Positions 12,050 to 25,464 of a DNA stretch of 64,000 bases are shown here, in pieces. The DNA is from Octopus vulgaris. Its lineage: Eukaryota. The stretch is taken from NCBI GenBank assembly GCA_951406725.2, contig OX597834.1, forward strand, positions 5,828,001 through 5,892,000, written 5' to 3'. Under the pieces are notes generated by a model. That model was not told the origin of the DNA and did not search any database. It saw nothing but the letters and a program-made list of their open reading frames with translations. The position numbers were made by a program, and so were the translations under genes. Position 1 is the stretch's first letter. Every line of letters starts with the position of its first letter.

Positions 12050-12459
12050 ACTCTTTTACTCTTTTACTTGTTTCAGTCATTTGACTGAGGTCATGCTGGA
12101 GCACTGCCTTTAGTTGAGCAAATCGAACCCAGGACTTACTCATTGTAAGCCTTGTACTTATTCTATCGGTCTCCTTTGCCAAACTGCTAAGTTACGGGGA
12201 TGTAAACACACCTGCATCGGTTGTCAAGCGATGTTGGTGGGACAAATATAGTCACACTAACATATACACACACACATACATATATACATATATACGACGG
12301 GCTTCTTTCAGTTTCCATCTACCAAATCCACTCACAAGGCATTGGTCAGCCTGAGGCTATAGTAGAAGACACTTGCCCAAGGTACCACACAGTAGGACTG
12401 AACCCAGAACCATTTGGCTTGGTAAGCAAGCTACTTACAACACAGCCACTCCTATGCCT
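12050..12459 (-). mobile_element. SINE family A
   Basis: Full-length copy. Confidence 0.9.
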
Positions 12460-12654
12460 GTATATGAATGCATTTTGAAGGTTGTTTTGCCACCTTATTG
12501 CGACCAGGAAAGACCAGCAGCCTTTATCTGTCTGGTGGCTTTGGTGCTTCATTTTTTCAAGCTGAGAAGAATCTAAAGCAAATTCATTCTTCTCAGTATT
12601 TGAACTCAGGACAACAAAAAAAAAACAAAAAAAAAAACAGTAAGCAACTGTTTT

Positions 12655-13072
12655 AGGCGCAGGAGTGGCTGTGTGGCAAGTAGCTTGCTAACCAACGACA
12701 TGGTTCTGGGTTCAGTCCCACTGCGTGGCATCTTGGGCAAGTGTTTTCTGCTATAGCCCCGGGCCGACCAATGCCTTGTGAGTAGATTTGGTAGACGGAA
12801 ACTGAAAGAAGCCTGTCGTATATATGTATATATGTATGTGTGTGTTTGTGTGTCTGTGTTTGTCCCCCTAGCATTGCTTGACAACCGATGCTGGTGTGTT
12901 TATGTCCCCGTTACTTAGCGGTTCGGCAAAAGAGACCGATAGAATAAGTACTGGGCTTACAAAAGAATAAGTCCCAGGGTCGAGTTGCTCGACTAAAGGC
13001 GGTGCTCCAGCATGGCCGCAGTCAAATGACTGAAACAAGTAAAAGAGTAAAAGAGAAGACAAAAAAAGAGTA
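12655..13072 (+). mobile_element. SINE family A
   Basis: Full-length copy. Confidence 0.9.
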
Positions 13073-13221
13073 AGCAACTACCACTAAGCATTTTGTTTGA
13101 TGCTCTGCACTTTATTTTTCAAAGAACATTAATCAGTGCCCCACCCCTCTTTGTTCCACTCGGCAATGGCCAATCAAATTAACAGCAAAATGGCAAGTGT
13201 TGTGTCATGAACTGCTCTCTA

Positions 13222-13780
13222 TTGCTGCTGTTGTTGTTGTTGTTAAGCAACAAGATAGGTAAGGGTGATTAATTGATGGTCTAGGGCTTAGGGCTGGGAG
13301 ACCCCAGACCTTGGAGAAAAAAACTTTGGCCGTCTTGTTGTAGTCGAGGGCTCTTCGTTGATGCCCAACACCACTGGGAGGTGGCCTTCGAAGTTGCTGG
13401 AAATGGAGATCTCCAGGTCCAAATTCTTTTGCTGCTGTTGCTGTTGCTGTTGAGCTCACAGTGGGAGAAGTCCGAATCATGGTCCTTTGCTATTCGTAAG
13501 ACCTGCAGAAGAGAAAGCAGGTCAACCCCCAACACCGAGAGGCTCACCGAGAGGCTCAGCGGTTGCGTAGGAAGTCGGGGACAAGAAACAAGAAGAAAGA
13601 GTGTGAGAAAGTTGGAGCGAAAGTGTACAACAGGGGTCGCCACCACCCCCTGCCGGAGCCTCATGGAGCTTTAGGTATTTTTGCTCAATAGACACGCACA
13701 ATGCTCGATCTGGGAATCGAAACCACGATCCTCCGACCGCGAGTCCGCTGCCCTAACCACTGGGCCATTGCACCTCCACT
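13222..13780 (-). mobile_element. SINE family C, long (~550 bp) variant with (AAC)n tail
   Basis: tRNA-like head at 13700-13780; body nearly identical to 56832-57440. Confidence 0.85.
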
Positions 13781-14605
13781 GCTGCTGCTGCTGTTGGTGG
13801 TGTTTAAACTCAAGAAGTTAACTTTGATTTAACAAATCTATGACAGAGTTTGAACTATGGTCATCACATTCCATTTTTTTTTAGTTATCTTTAAACTCTA
13901 AGTACCCAAGACTACAGTCTTCTCTCTCTTCTTCTATGTTCATGATCAAATTGAGGGATAAACTTGGTTGCAATTTCTAGCAGGTCAAACAATCACTAAA
14001 CAAACTCTATTTTTGGCTTGTTCTTGTTTCTCATAATCTCCCGAGAAGTCTGAAATCTAAAGCATCCCGCATCTTTATGAGCAATTATGATGATTTAAAG
14101 GTCAAGTAGCAAATGAACAAATCTACCGACACTTTTCTAGATGTGGGAGATTGTATCCTGTTGTTTGCATTGCATAATGGCAAATGTTGCCAAGACACTT
14201 AACTCTACTTGGCTACAGCTTTATGCCTAATTAAGAAATCATTATTAATCTTCTCATTTAAGCCCTTTTATCTTGTTTAGACATGGACTTAATGGCTACG
14301 AGACATTCATCTCAGATCAATTGGCCGTCACACCGATTCACATTGTATTCGGTCAAATATATTTTCTTGCTCAATAAATGCAGTTGTGTGCTTTAGCCAA
14401 CGAGATGCTTGGGTGGGTATGTGACCATGTGTGTGTGTGTATGCATACAATTGTCTGTGTGCATTTTTCTTCTACATGTGCGTTTCAGCGTGTGGGTATA
14501 TATCATGAAGAACATAGTGTAAAGGAATATATTATAACATAACAATGAATTATCACTTTACATCTTCATGCATATTTTCACATATTTTCACATATTTTCA
14601 GTATC

Positions 14606-15868
14606 ATATATGCATAAAATAAAGTACAGGTGCAGGAGTGGCTGTGTGGTAAGTAGCTTGCTTACCAACCACATGGTTCCGGGTTCAGTCCCACTGCATG
14701 GCACCTTGGGCAAGTGTCATCTGCTATAGCCTCGGGCCGACCAAAGACTTGTGAGTGGATATGGTAGACGGAAACTGAAAAAAGCCTGTTGTATATATGT
14801 ATATATATGTGTGTGTGTGTGCGTGTATGTTTGTGTGTCTGTGTTTGTCTCCACAACATCGCTTGACAACCGATGCTGGTGTGTTTATGTCCTCGTAACT
14901 TAGGAGTTCAGCAAAAGAGACTGATAGAATAAGTACTAGGCTTACAAACAATAAGTCCTGGGGTCGATTTACTCGACTAGAAGGTGGTGCTCCAGCATGG
15001 CCGCAGTCAAATGACTGAAACAAGTAAAAGAGAGAAAGAGATATATGCATAAAATAAAGTACAGGTGCAGGAGTGGCTGTGTGGTAAGTAGCTTGCTTAC
15101 CAACCACATGGTTCCGGGTTCAGTCCCACTGCATGGCACCTTGGGCAAGTGTCTTCTACTATAGCCTCGGGCTGACCAAAGCCTTGCGAGTGGATTTGGT
15201 AGACAGAAACTGAAAAAAGCCCATCGTATATATGTATATATATGTATGTGTGTGTATATGTTTGTGTCTGTGTTTGTACCCCCACCATTGCTTGACAACC
15301 GATGCTGGTGTGTTTATGTCCCCGTCACTTAGCGGTTCGGCAAAAGAGACTGATAGAATAAGTACTGGGCTTACAAAGAATAAGTCCTGGGGTCGATTTA
15401 CTCGACTAGAAGGCGGTGCTCCAGCATGGCCGCAGTCAAATGACTGAAACAAGTAAAAGAGAGAAAGAGATATATGCATAAAATAAAGTACAGGCGCAGG
15501 AATGGCTGTGTGGTAAGTAGCTTGCTTACCAACCACATGGTTCCAGGTTCAGTCCCACTGCATGGCATCTTGGGCAAGTGTCTTCTACTATAGCCTCGGG
15601 CTGACCAAAGCCTTGCGAGTGGATTTGGTAGACAGAAACTGAAGGAAGCCCATCGTGTATATGTATATATATGTGTGTGTGTGTGTATATGTTTGTGTGT
15701 CGGTGTTTGTCTCCCCACCCAACATCGCTTGACAACTGATGCTGGTGTGTTTACATTCCCGTAACTTAGCGGTTCGGCAAAAGAGACCAATAGAATAAGT
15801 ACTAGGTGGTGCTCCAGCATGGCCGCAGTCAAATGACTGAAACAAGTAAAAGAGTAAAAGAGTAAAGC
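14606..15868 (+). mobile_element. Tandem trimer of SINE A, each copy preceded by ATATATGCATAAAATAAAGTAC
   Basis: Copies start at 14628, 15063, 15492; identical 22-bp spacer at 14606, 15041, 15470. Confidence 0.9.
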
Positions 15869-16029
15869 GATGCAAAGAAGAAATAGCTTCCTGCTCAAAA
15901 AAAAAAATGGCATGCTTCAGAAGTTCACTTTGTAGCCCCATGATCTTAGGTTCAATCCCACTGCAAGTCTTTGTAAGAGAATGTGGTGGAGGAAAAGTGT
16001 TTGGAAGCCAGGAAGAAAAATTTTATCTT

Positions 16030-16395
16030 TATTTTTTTACTTATCTCAGTCATTAGATTATGGCCCAGCTTGGGCACCGCCTTGAAGAATTTTGATTTCT
16101 TTCTTTATATTTTTTAAGCCTGAAACTTGTTGGATTGGTCTGTGTAGCTGAATTTTTCAGTTAAGGGGACATAAACAAAGCAACATCAGTTGTCAAGTGT
16201 TGGTGAGGGACAAACGCAGACACAAAGACACACTCACACACATGTATGTATGACAGGCTTCTTTCAGTTTTCATCTACCAATTCCACTGACATGGCTTGG
16301 GTATAGCAAAAAACACTTGCTCTAGGTGTCACAAAGTAAGACTGAACCCAGAACCACGTGGTTGGAAAGCAAACTTCTCACTACATAGCCATGTT
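16030..16395 (-). mobile_element. Old diverged SINE A-related copy
   Basis: Recognisable tail, middle and head motifs with many substitutions. Confidence 0.7.
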
Positions 16396-16427
16396 ATCAC
16401 ACACACACACACACATATATATATATA

Positions 16428-16564
16428 GTGGTACTTAATTTATCGACCCCGAAAGGATGAAAGGTAAAGTCGACCTCAGCAGAATTTGAACTCAGAACGT
16501 ATAGACGGAGGAAATACCGCTAAGCATTTTCCCCGGCATGCTAACATTTCTGCCAGCTCGCCGC

Positions 16565-16566
<2 letters not shown>
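16428..16566 (-). mobile_element. SINE family B, 5' part
   Basis: Head plus Meta-like core. Confidence 0.85.
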
Positions 16567-16613
<47 letters not shown>

Positions 16614-16869
16614 TGTATGTATGAATGTATGAATGTATGTATAAGTTGAAGCCCTAAGAGTAAGAATGAAAAGAAAACAGCGAATTTTTGATGAGGCCTT
16701 TAGGATTAACAAATGTCAACATCACAACAAGCCTAATCTAATCTGAAATTATATATAAAAGAAATAATAGAACTGTTTTACTAATCTGTCGGGTTTTCAT
16801 CAACAATCATTATTCTGCTCGTTCCAAGGATAATTTGATTATTATTTTGAAAGGAGGATGGAAGCAAAA

Positions 16870-16908
<39 letters not shown>

Positions 16909-16934
16909 TTAATAATAACAATAATAATAATAAT

Positions 16935-16974
<40 letters not shown>

Positions 16975-17016
16975 TTAATAATAATAATAATAATATTAAT
17001 AATAATAATAATGATG

Positions 17017-17060
<44 letters not shown>

Positions 17061-17112
17061 AATAATAGTAATAATAATAATAATAATAATAGTAATAATA
17101 ATAATAATAATA

Positions 17113-17157
<45 letters not shown>

Positions 17158-17241
17158 GTAATAATAATAATAGTAATAATAATAATAAAAAATAATAATA
17201 ATAATAATAATAATATTAATAATAACAATAATAATAATAAT

Positions 17242-17299
<58 letters not shown>

Positions 17300-17378
17300 G
17301 TTGGTTCAGTATAATAATCATAATACAGAAGATATTATGATGATTGTAATGATAATGATGATAATGTTTATCATCATC

Positions 17379-17419
<41 letters not shown>

Positions 17420-17420
17420 T
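16870..17420. repeat. (AAT)n microsatellite, ~550 bp
   Basis: Direct reading. Confidence 0.97.
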
Positions 17421-17708
17421 TTGGGGGCTATAATAATCATAAGACAGAAAATAATATTATAATGGTTATAATAATAATGGTTAACAAAAAGAAATAACGA
17501 AATCTTTCTGTATGAATTATGACTTATTGTTTACGAACATCGTTAGCTTCTCTAATAAATGTCTAATTGGGGAATGGGTTGGAAATAATACGAGCAATAA
17601 CGGTATTTAAGTAATGGATACAATAACAAGACGATGACAAACAGTTCCGACTAAGCATCTCCGTTCATAGTATCAGCCCCCATCATTGTCTTTTATGGCT
17701 AATATCAA

Positions 17709-17862
17709 CAGGCATGGGTGTGTGGAAAGATGTTTGCTTCCCAATCACATGATTCTGAGTTCAGTCCCATTGTGTGGCACCCTGACCTGGTGTCTTCTAC
17801 TATAGCCTCAAGCTGACCAAAGCCTTGTCAGTGAATTTGGTAGATGGAAACTGAAAGAAACC

Positions 17863-17866
<4 letters not shown>
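17709..17866 (+). mobile_element. SINE A head fragment
   Basis: Diverged head and core ending at the internal TA repeat. Confidence 0.75.
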
Positions 17867-17890
<24 letters not shown>

Positions 17891-17896
<6 letters not shown>

Positions 17897-18120
17897 TTTA
17901 TCTAAAGCAGCAGAAAATTCAATAAAACCTGTTACTCTGAGTTTCCCGTTGCCGTTCATCGGACAGTTTTTGCTAGAAAAAACTGTCCGATGAACGGTAA
18001 CAGGAAACTCAGATTAACAGGTTTTGTTGAATTTTCTGCTGCTCTGAATAAAGTATATTACTCTACCACTGGTATTTGAGTACTCTTTTTTCCACCTTGT
18101 TTCACATTTATGTGTTTACT
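17891..18120. mobile_element. Fold-back Penelope-like terminal repeat fragment with hammerhead-like motif in each arm
   Basis: ~85-bp inverted arms centred on CTAG 17973-17976; arm reads CTGT CCGATGA ACGGCAACGG GAAA CTCAGAG TA ACAG. Confidence 0.65.
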
Positions 18121-18132
18121 CCGGTATATATA

Positions 18133-18357
18133 TATTTCTTTACTACCCACAAGGGGCCAAACACAGAGGAGACAAACAAGGACAGACATTAAGTCGATTA
18201 CATCGACCCCAGTGCGTAACTGGTACTTTATTTATCGACCCCGAAAGGATGAAAGGCAAAGTCGACCTCGGCGGAATTTAAACTCAGAACGTAACGACAG
18301 ACGAAATACCGCTTAGCATTTCACCCGGCGCGCTACCGGTTCTGCCAGCTCGCCGCC
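18133..18357 (-). mobile_element. SINE family B
   Basis: Near full-length copy. Confidence 0.9.
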
Positions 18358-18689
18358 TTCTATATATACTTCTATATATACTCCGGTATATATATGTATA
18401 TATATATATATGTATGTTCAAACGATGAATAGCTAACGCGAAAACCAATTGGTTTGTTCCAGTCTCTTACCTTATTATTATTATTATTAACTTCTTATAA
18501 TCATTCAATAATAATTACCTTTTTGACTAGTAATACTCTAAATGTATATATTTGTCACTACCTATCATAAATAGCCTTTTTATATCTACAATATGCATTT
18601 TCATTGATTTTTTATATCATACCCTTACATTTCCACTTGTATTTTATATTTTTTTTCAAAACATATTTCTACTATATATATATATATAT

Positions 18690-18767
18690 CTGACAAGTAG
18701 CCTATGGTATACACCTCACTTGGATATTTAACAATTCTGAGGTTCCACTTGCTATGAAACATGTGTA
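18690..18767 (+). ncRNA. Decayed type-I hammerhead ribozyme motif
   Basis: CTGACAA (G8 lost) GTAGC...GCTAT GAAAC ATGT GTA; stem I replaced by a TA repeat. Confidence 0.45.
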
Positions 18768-19153
18768 GCCTGGATTTTATCAACTCCATTCCTTAACTCT
18801 TGTATTCTCATTCACATACCCAGCAAACTTGGTCACCTACCATGAAATATAGAAAGAACTATTTTCAGTTTATCATACACTGATATGACAAAATACAGAG
18901 CCATCCATCTCAGTAAACCACCATTGTCCCTGAAAGTTATTTCTTATATTTACTTTGGATAGCTTGAAGCTAACTTTCTTCCCACACCTCAATCCTTTTG
19001 TTTCTCTCCTTGTCTTTTTCTGTGTCCTTTTCTGTAGAAGAGCGTAGGCTCAAAACATTAAAGACTTTTTCTATTCCTGAGTGTTATACTAATACATCTG
19101 TTTGTTTTGTACACCACCTGTCTTCGTCTTTTGTTTTTTTAGTAAACTCTCCC

Positions 19154-19197
<44 letters not shown>

Positions 19198-19210
19198 TGT
19201 ATGTATGTAT

Positions 19211-19335
19211 ATAGGGGGTACTGTAAAATTCCTGGTTTAAGTGTATTGCAAAAGTTCCTGGTTGAAGGCCCCACATTCTGAGTTCTTTTGCAGGGCTTAG
19301 AAAAACTGAAGGACCGTTACAATAAGTGTGTGAGG
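19211..19335 (+). mobile_element. Mariner MITE fragment (family of 6143)
   Basis: CAGGGCTTAGAAAAACTGAAGGACCG shared with 6143 and 62971. Confidence 0.65.
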
Positions 19336-19369
19336 GGAATGACTCTACCATCTTGCAACCTTGATAATA

Positions 19370-19592
19370 AAAATAATAATGGTAGTAGTAGTAGTAGTGG
19401 TGGTGGTGGTGGTGGTAGTAGATGTAGTGGTAGTGGTGGTGGTGGTGGTGGTGGTGGTGGTGGTGGTAGTAGTTGTAGTGGTGGTGGTGGTGGTAGTAGT
19501 TGTAGTGGTAGTGGTGGTGGTGGTGGTGGTGGTAGTAGTAGTAGTAACAACAACAATAATAATAATAATAATAATAATAAAAATAATAATAA
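19370..19592. repeat. (GGT)n/(AGT)n/(AAT)n microsatellite
   Basis: Direct reading. Confidence 0.95.
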
Positions 19593-20095
19593 TGCCCTGA
19601 TGCAGTACCAGGCAGTGGCTCACATGACTTCTGATCTTAACTGATTGGAAGTGTTATCATGTACATTGTTTTGTCTTGGTATAAAAGATGAGCTACAGCA
19701 AATATTCTGCTCAATACCACAGATTTGCTTGTCAGTTGTTTGACCTTAACCAGTTGAGCATGTCCCTTAGTGGCTGACGATATGTGCATCTCTGATCACG
19801 AGCAGAAGTAGTGGGGGAGCATCATAGCCATGTGTTGAGAGGGATTCTTTGGGGTTTTAATAATTCACCTTTGGAAACATGGGTATTTCATTCAACATCC
19901 TTAAACAACCCTTATTCAGGGACGTTTTGAGCAAGATGGGCAATTCAACCTGAAGAAAATTCTAACAGGGCCCCCAATAACAAGGTCATGAACTGTTTAT
20001 CTTGATATGAGATCACCATGTCACGCACATATTGTTGTAATGCACATGCCTGGTGTACCCTTATTAGGTAATCATGGTGGGTATATTGGGCTTCG
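19592..20095 (+). mobile_element. Family F ~500-bp interspersed repeat, class unknown
   Basis: Homologous to 55030-55755 in reverse; one end abuts TAA repeats in both copies. Confidence 0.75.
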
Positions 20096-20383
20096 TAACG
20101 GGGACATAAACACATCAGCATTGGTTGTCAAGTGATGGCAGGTGGGGGGGACAAACACAGACACACAAACACACACACGCATATATGTATATATATATAT
20201 ATATATATACATATATACGACGGGCTTCTTTCAGTTTCCGTCTCCCAAATCCACACTCATAAGGCTTTGGTCGGCCCGAGGCTATAGTAGAATACACTTG
20301 CCCAAGGTGCCACGCAGTGGGACTGAACCCGGAACGATGTTGTTGGTAAGCAAGCTACTTACCACACAGCCACTCCTGCGCCT
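20094..20383 (-). mobile_element. SINE family A, 3'-truncated
   Basis: Head and middle present. Confidence 0.85.
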
Positions 20384-21095
20384 ATTCCTTTTCATTATTT
20401 GTTCAATAGTTTTGTTAACTAACATTAGTATGTTTCAAAATTGCCATCCTGTTTACATTTACATACACAGACAACTGATCTATGATAGGATATAATTAAT
20501 AAGAAACATTTCATTAATATAGGAAAAAGAACTGAAGCAAAGTGTTGTCCTGGGAGATCAGTCATTTCAATTGTTAATTACTGAAGGGAATAAAATAAAA
20601 GAATTTTTTTTTTATTTAAGTAATTTCTCAAAAGTTGTTTATCAAAGTTAGTGGAGAATGAAAATACTCATGTGAACAAAACCACCACAACTATACATGC
20701 TTGGAGAAATTATATTAAATAATTGCATTGAATTTTTATGAATCATTATTGTAATAAATGATAAGTTGCTTTTTGCAGAAAATGGTGCTAGTTATAAAAT
20801 CTATACCAAAATACATGAGGGGGTATCTTTAAGTTTATTCATTTCATTTGTATCATATTGCAGTTTGTGAACAATAGCATCATAATTTAGAAGTTTCTAT
20901 TGAGAAACTCGTTTGTTGTTGTTGTTGTTGTTATGATGGCCAGAGTCAAATGGGATTGTCTGTGAAACTATTTAGAAGTTTGTTTATATCTTTTAAAATT
21001 TAGTTTTGAATTTTTGCTGACGCTTGCATCTTTTTCCAATATATATATATATTAGTAAGATACATACATACCTACATACATACACACACACATAC

Positions 21096-21169
<74 letters not shown>

Positions 21170-21175
<6 letters not shown>

Positions 21176-21840
21176 TAGTTGTTTCAGTCATTTGACTGTG
21201 GCCTTGCTGGAGCACCGCCTTTAGTTGAGCAAATCGACCCCAGGACTTATTCTTTGTAAGCCTAGTACTTATTCTATCAATCTTTTTTGCCGAACCGCAA
21301 AGTTACGGGAATGTAAACACACCACGATCGGTTGTCAAGCGATGTTGGAGGAACAAACACAGACACACAAACATATACACACACATACATATATACATAA
21401 TATACCACGGGCTTCTTTCAGTTTCTGTCTACCAAATCCACTCACAAGGCTTTGGTCAACCTGAGGCTATAGTAGAAGACACTGGCCCAAGGTGCCACGC
21501 AGTGGGACTGAACATCTATACAATGTTCCCACTGCATGGCATCTTGTATTTACATCTATACAAACTTATGTATGTATATATTTATGTGTATATGTATGCA
21601 TGCATATGTATATATGTATGCATATATGTATATATGTGCATGCATGTTTATATGTATATATGTACATCTATACAAACGTATGTATGTATATATATACCTG
21701 TATGCATGCATGTATGTACATATGTAGAATAAGTACTGGGCTTACAAAGAATAAACCCCGGGGTCGATTTGCTCGACTAAAGGCGGTGCTCCAGCATGGT
21801 TGCAGTCAAATGACTGAAACAAGTAAAAGAAGAAAAGAAG
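21170..21840. mobile_element. Two SINE A pieces in opposite orientation
   Basis: 21170-21512 minus; 21525-21840 plus, with microsatellite replacing the middle. Confidence 0.75.
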
Positions 21841-22051
21841 AAATTCAATAATGTCAGTGTGACTGAAGAAATGAGGCTGTGAGCTAGATTTAGCCTTCAG
21901 GCCATTGTGTTGCTGACCTCTGCTCTTGAAAGTATAGCACCTCAGTCTACTAGGACACCATACAGGTCACACCCAAAATATGATGCTTTGTTGTATGTGA
22001 TACAGTATAGAAGTTTGCTCTCCTGTCTGGCTTTTGTACATATATATATAT

Positions 22052-22275
22052 ACTCTTTTTTTTTTTTTTTACTCGTTTCAGTCATTTGACTGCGGCCATG
22101 CTGGAGCACCGCCTTTAGTCAAGCAAATCGACCCTGGGACTTATTCTTTGTAAGCCCAGTACTTATTCTATCAGTCTCTTTTGCCGACCCGCTAAGTAAC
22201 GGGGACGAAAACACACCAGTATCGGTTGTCAAGCAATCCTAGGGGGACAAAAACACAGACACACAAACACACACA

Positions 22276-22325
<50 letters not shown>

Positions 22326-22486
22326 TACGACGGGCTTCTTTCAGTTTCTGTCTACCAAATCCACTCACAAGGCATTGGTCGGACCAGGGCTATAGCAGAA
22401 GACACTTGCCCAAGGTGCCACGCAGTGGGACTGAACCCGGAACCATGTGGTTGGTTAGCAGGCTACTTACCACACAGCCACTCCTG
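22052..22486 (-). mobile_element. SINE family A
   Basis: Full-length copy. Confidence 0.9.
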
Positions 22487-22927
22487 TATATATAGATATA
22501 TATATATATATATATACACAGGCTCTGGTGCTGATCACATATAGATTAGGCAGACTCAATCAGGAGACAACAACTGTTATTGATTTTCAGGCATAGAATA
22601 CAAAAAAAGGATTGTGACGATTGCTTCTTTTCACAGAAACAGGCTTTGGCCTTCAAAACCTCAGATGTTTTTTTTTTTTATGTATATTCTCAATATTTTC
22701 TCTTTGTTGTGTAAGTCATCTGTTTTTAGTGTGTGATGATGTGAAATATTCTGTTTGTGTTCTTTGTGATTTGTTTAAAGGAGAGATTAATGGCCCAAGA
22801 AGGACTGACATAATTCATGATCAATCTAATACATTGCTTCTACAATATTCTCGTTATTTCTTTGTACTTTCCAAATCCAGTTCCTGTTAGTGTTCTTAGT
22901 ATATACGTGCATTGCTTTTCTTTCTTC

Positions 22928-22960
22928 ATATATATATATATACATACATACATATATATA

Positions 22961-23009
<49 letters not shown>

Positions 23010-23083
23010 TTATATATATACATATATATATATACATATATATATACATATATATATATATATACATATACATATACATATAC

Positions 23084-23122
<39 letters not shown>

Positions 23123-23127
23123 TATAC

Positions 23128-23161
<34 letters not shown>

Positions 23162-23194
23162 ATACATATACATATTCATATACATATTATACAC

Positions 23195-23227
<33 letters not shown>

Positions 23228-23230
23228 TAT

Positions 23231-23275
<45 letters not shown>

Positions 23276-23287
23276 CACACACACACT
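22928..23287. repeat. (AT)n/(AC)n compound microsatellite
   Basis: Direct reading. Confidence 0.95.
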
Positions 23288-24035
23288 GTGAATGTTGTAT
23301 ATATTATGTATGTAATGCCAGCTACTTTATAATTCTGTGTATATATGTTTGTGTTGTGGAGTGTGATGGTCAGTCATGTTTGATGTTGTCTGGTGTTCTG
23401 GTCCAGAAACAGTACTGTATGTTAGGTTTGACTAGTCTTACTTTTAACCTATTTCAGCTTGTGACAGAGATGGAATATCTGTACAGATGGTTCTAAATTA
23501 TGGTGGGAGGAAGCACCTGTAACGTCAGCTATGCATGAAGTTGTATGTATGACCTGTGGATGGGTTGATAGGACCACCACCACCACCACCACCACCACCA
23601 CCACTACCACGATCATTATCTGTTGTTTTTACTACCCACAAGGGGCCAAACATAGAGAGGACAAACAAGGACAGACAAACAGATTAAGTCGATTACATCG
23701 TCCCCAGTGCATGGTTTTTCTGGCTGGATGCCCTTGCTAACACCAACCACTTTACAAAGTGTGCCGGGTGCTTTCACATGGCACTGCATGGGTACTATCA
23801 CATGGTCACTATCACATGGGCCCATGGACTATTCTTCTTGATTTTCCCTTGAAGAACATTGATGGTGTGGAGAGGTTAAAACTTGCATATACAGACGGCT
23901 GCTGACCCTCCATACAATACTTTTTCTTGCCTGTCATTTTAGAGAAGAAATTTCCAGATGTAGCTCTGTGGTCACACATGACTTGCAGAGGCTCAGGCTT
24001 AGGAAGGGGACAAGTCTGTGTCTGATTGTTGCTCC

Positions 24036-24219
24036 ATGCCGGTGGCACATAAAAGCACCCACTACACTCTCGGAGTGGTTGGCATTATGAAGGGCATCCA
24101 GCTGTAGAAACTCAGCTAGATTAAGCCTGGTGCAGCCATCTGGTTCGCCAGCCCTCAGTCATATGTCCAACCCATGCTAGCATGGAAAGCAGACATTAAA
24201 CAATGATGATGATGATGAT
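24036..24219 (+). mobile_element. Family D retroposon
   Basis: Conserved 3' motif and GAT tail. Confidence 0.8.
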
Positions 24220-24505
24220 TAGGTTTTTGAATTTTCCCCAAAATTTAATGTTGTGGCAGTGCTGGGGTGGAGTAACTGTTGTTTAATCCTCAGTCAGCCC
24301 ATGCCCAGCTGATCTATGGCCAATGATCAAAGATCCTCAGGTTCTTAATTATTCCACCATTTTTTAGATGCAGAGTAACTAAGATTGCATTATCTAATGG
24401 TTCTTCTTTCAGCATGACAGAGGTGAAGACTTAAAGGGAATTTGTCAGTTATTTCTAGCAAGGTAAGTAACTATGCTGAGCCTCTCTTTCTTCTCTCCCT
24501 CCCCT

Positions 24506-24536
<31 letters not shown>

Positions 24537-25133
24537 TATTACTAATTATGTGTTTAATTGAAATTACTGCTGATTGCAATAATTTCTTTTGAAAGTGTTT
24601 TATGTCGTATATTTTTTGTAAAATCCTGAAATTTTAGGGTTTTGAAATTACCATATTACATTCCAGTTCTTAAAGAAAGGGGAATGAAGGTTATGATTTG
24701 AATGAAATTTGTGTATCTGATGGTTTGTGTTTCAGCCTTTTTCCTTCTTTTCTTTTTTTCATTAAAGACAGCTTTCGGGATTAGGGGTGGGTGGGCAGGG
24801 GGGATATTTCATAATGAAGTTTGATTACTGTTGGAGCAGGGATATGTTACCCCAGGTACCTACCGTGACATCAGATGTCGTGTGGCCATTGGTAGAGTCT
24901 CTCAATATTACTAATTATTTTTCCTTGTACTTTTCTTTCTCATTTCGTGGCTTACATTGGGTACAAATGCTCGCCAGCAATCTGCTCCACTTTCTTATAT
25001 TTATTTAAATTTCATATTGTTTGCTTTTTTTTAATGCAAAGGTTTTATATCTTTGTTGTGTGTATAATTTGTATATTGTATATACAGCTGTATATTTTAT
25101 ATCAGTTGGCCATTTCAGTTATGTAATTGGAGT

Positions 25134-25256
25134 TATATATATATATATATACACACACACACATATTATATATGTTGTATATTACACACACACACACATA
25201 CACACACACATACACACACACACACACATACACACACACATACACACACATACACA

Positions 25257-25295
<39 letters not shown>

Positions 25296-25396
25296 ACACA
25301 CATACACACACACATACACACACATACACACACACATAGACACACACATACACACACATACACACATAGACACACACATACACACACACATACACA

Positions 25397-25453
<57 letters not shown>

Positions 25454-25464
25454 AGACACACACA
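25134..25464. repeat. (AC)n-rich microsatellite
   Basis: Direct reading. Confidence 0.95.
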
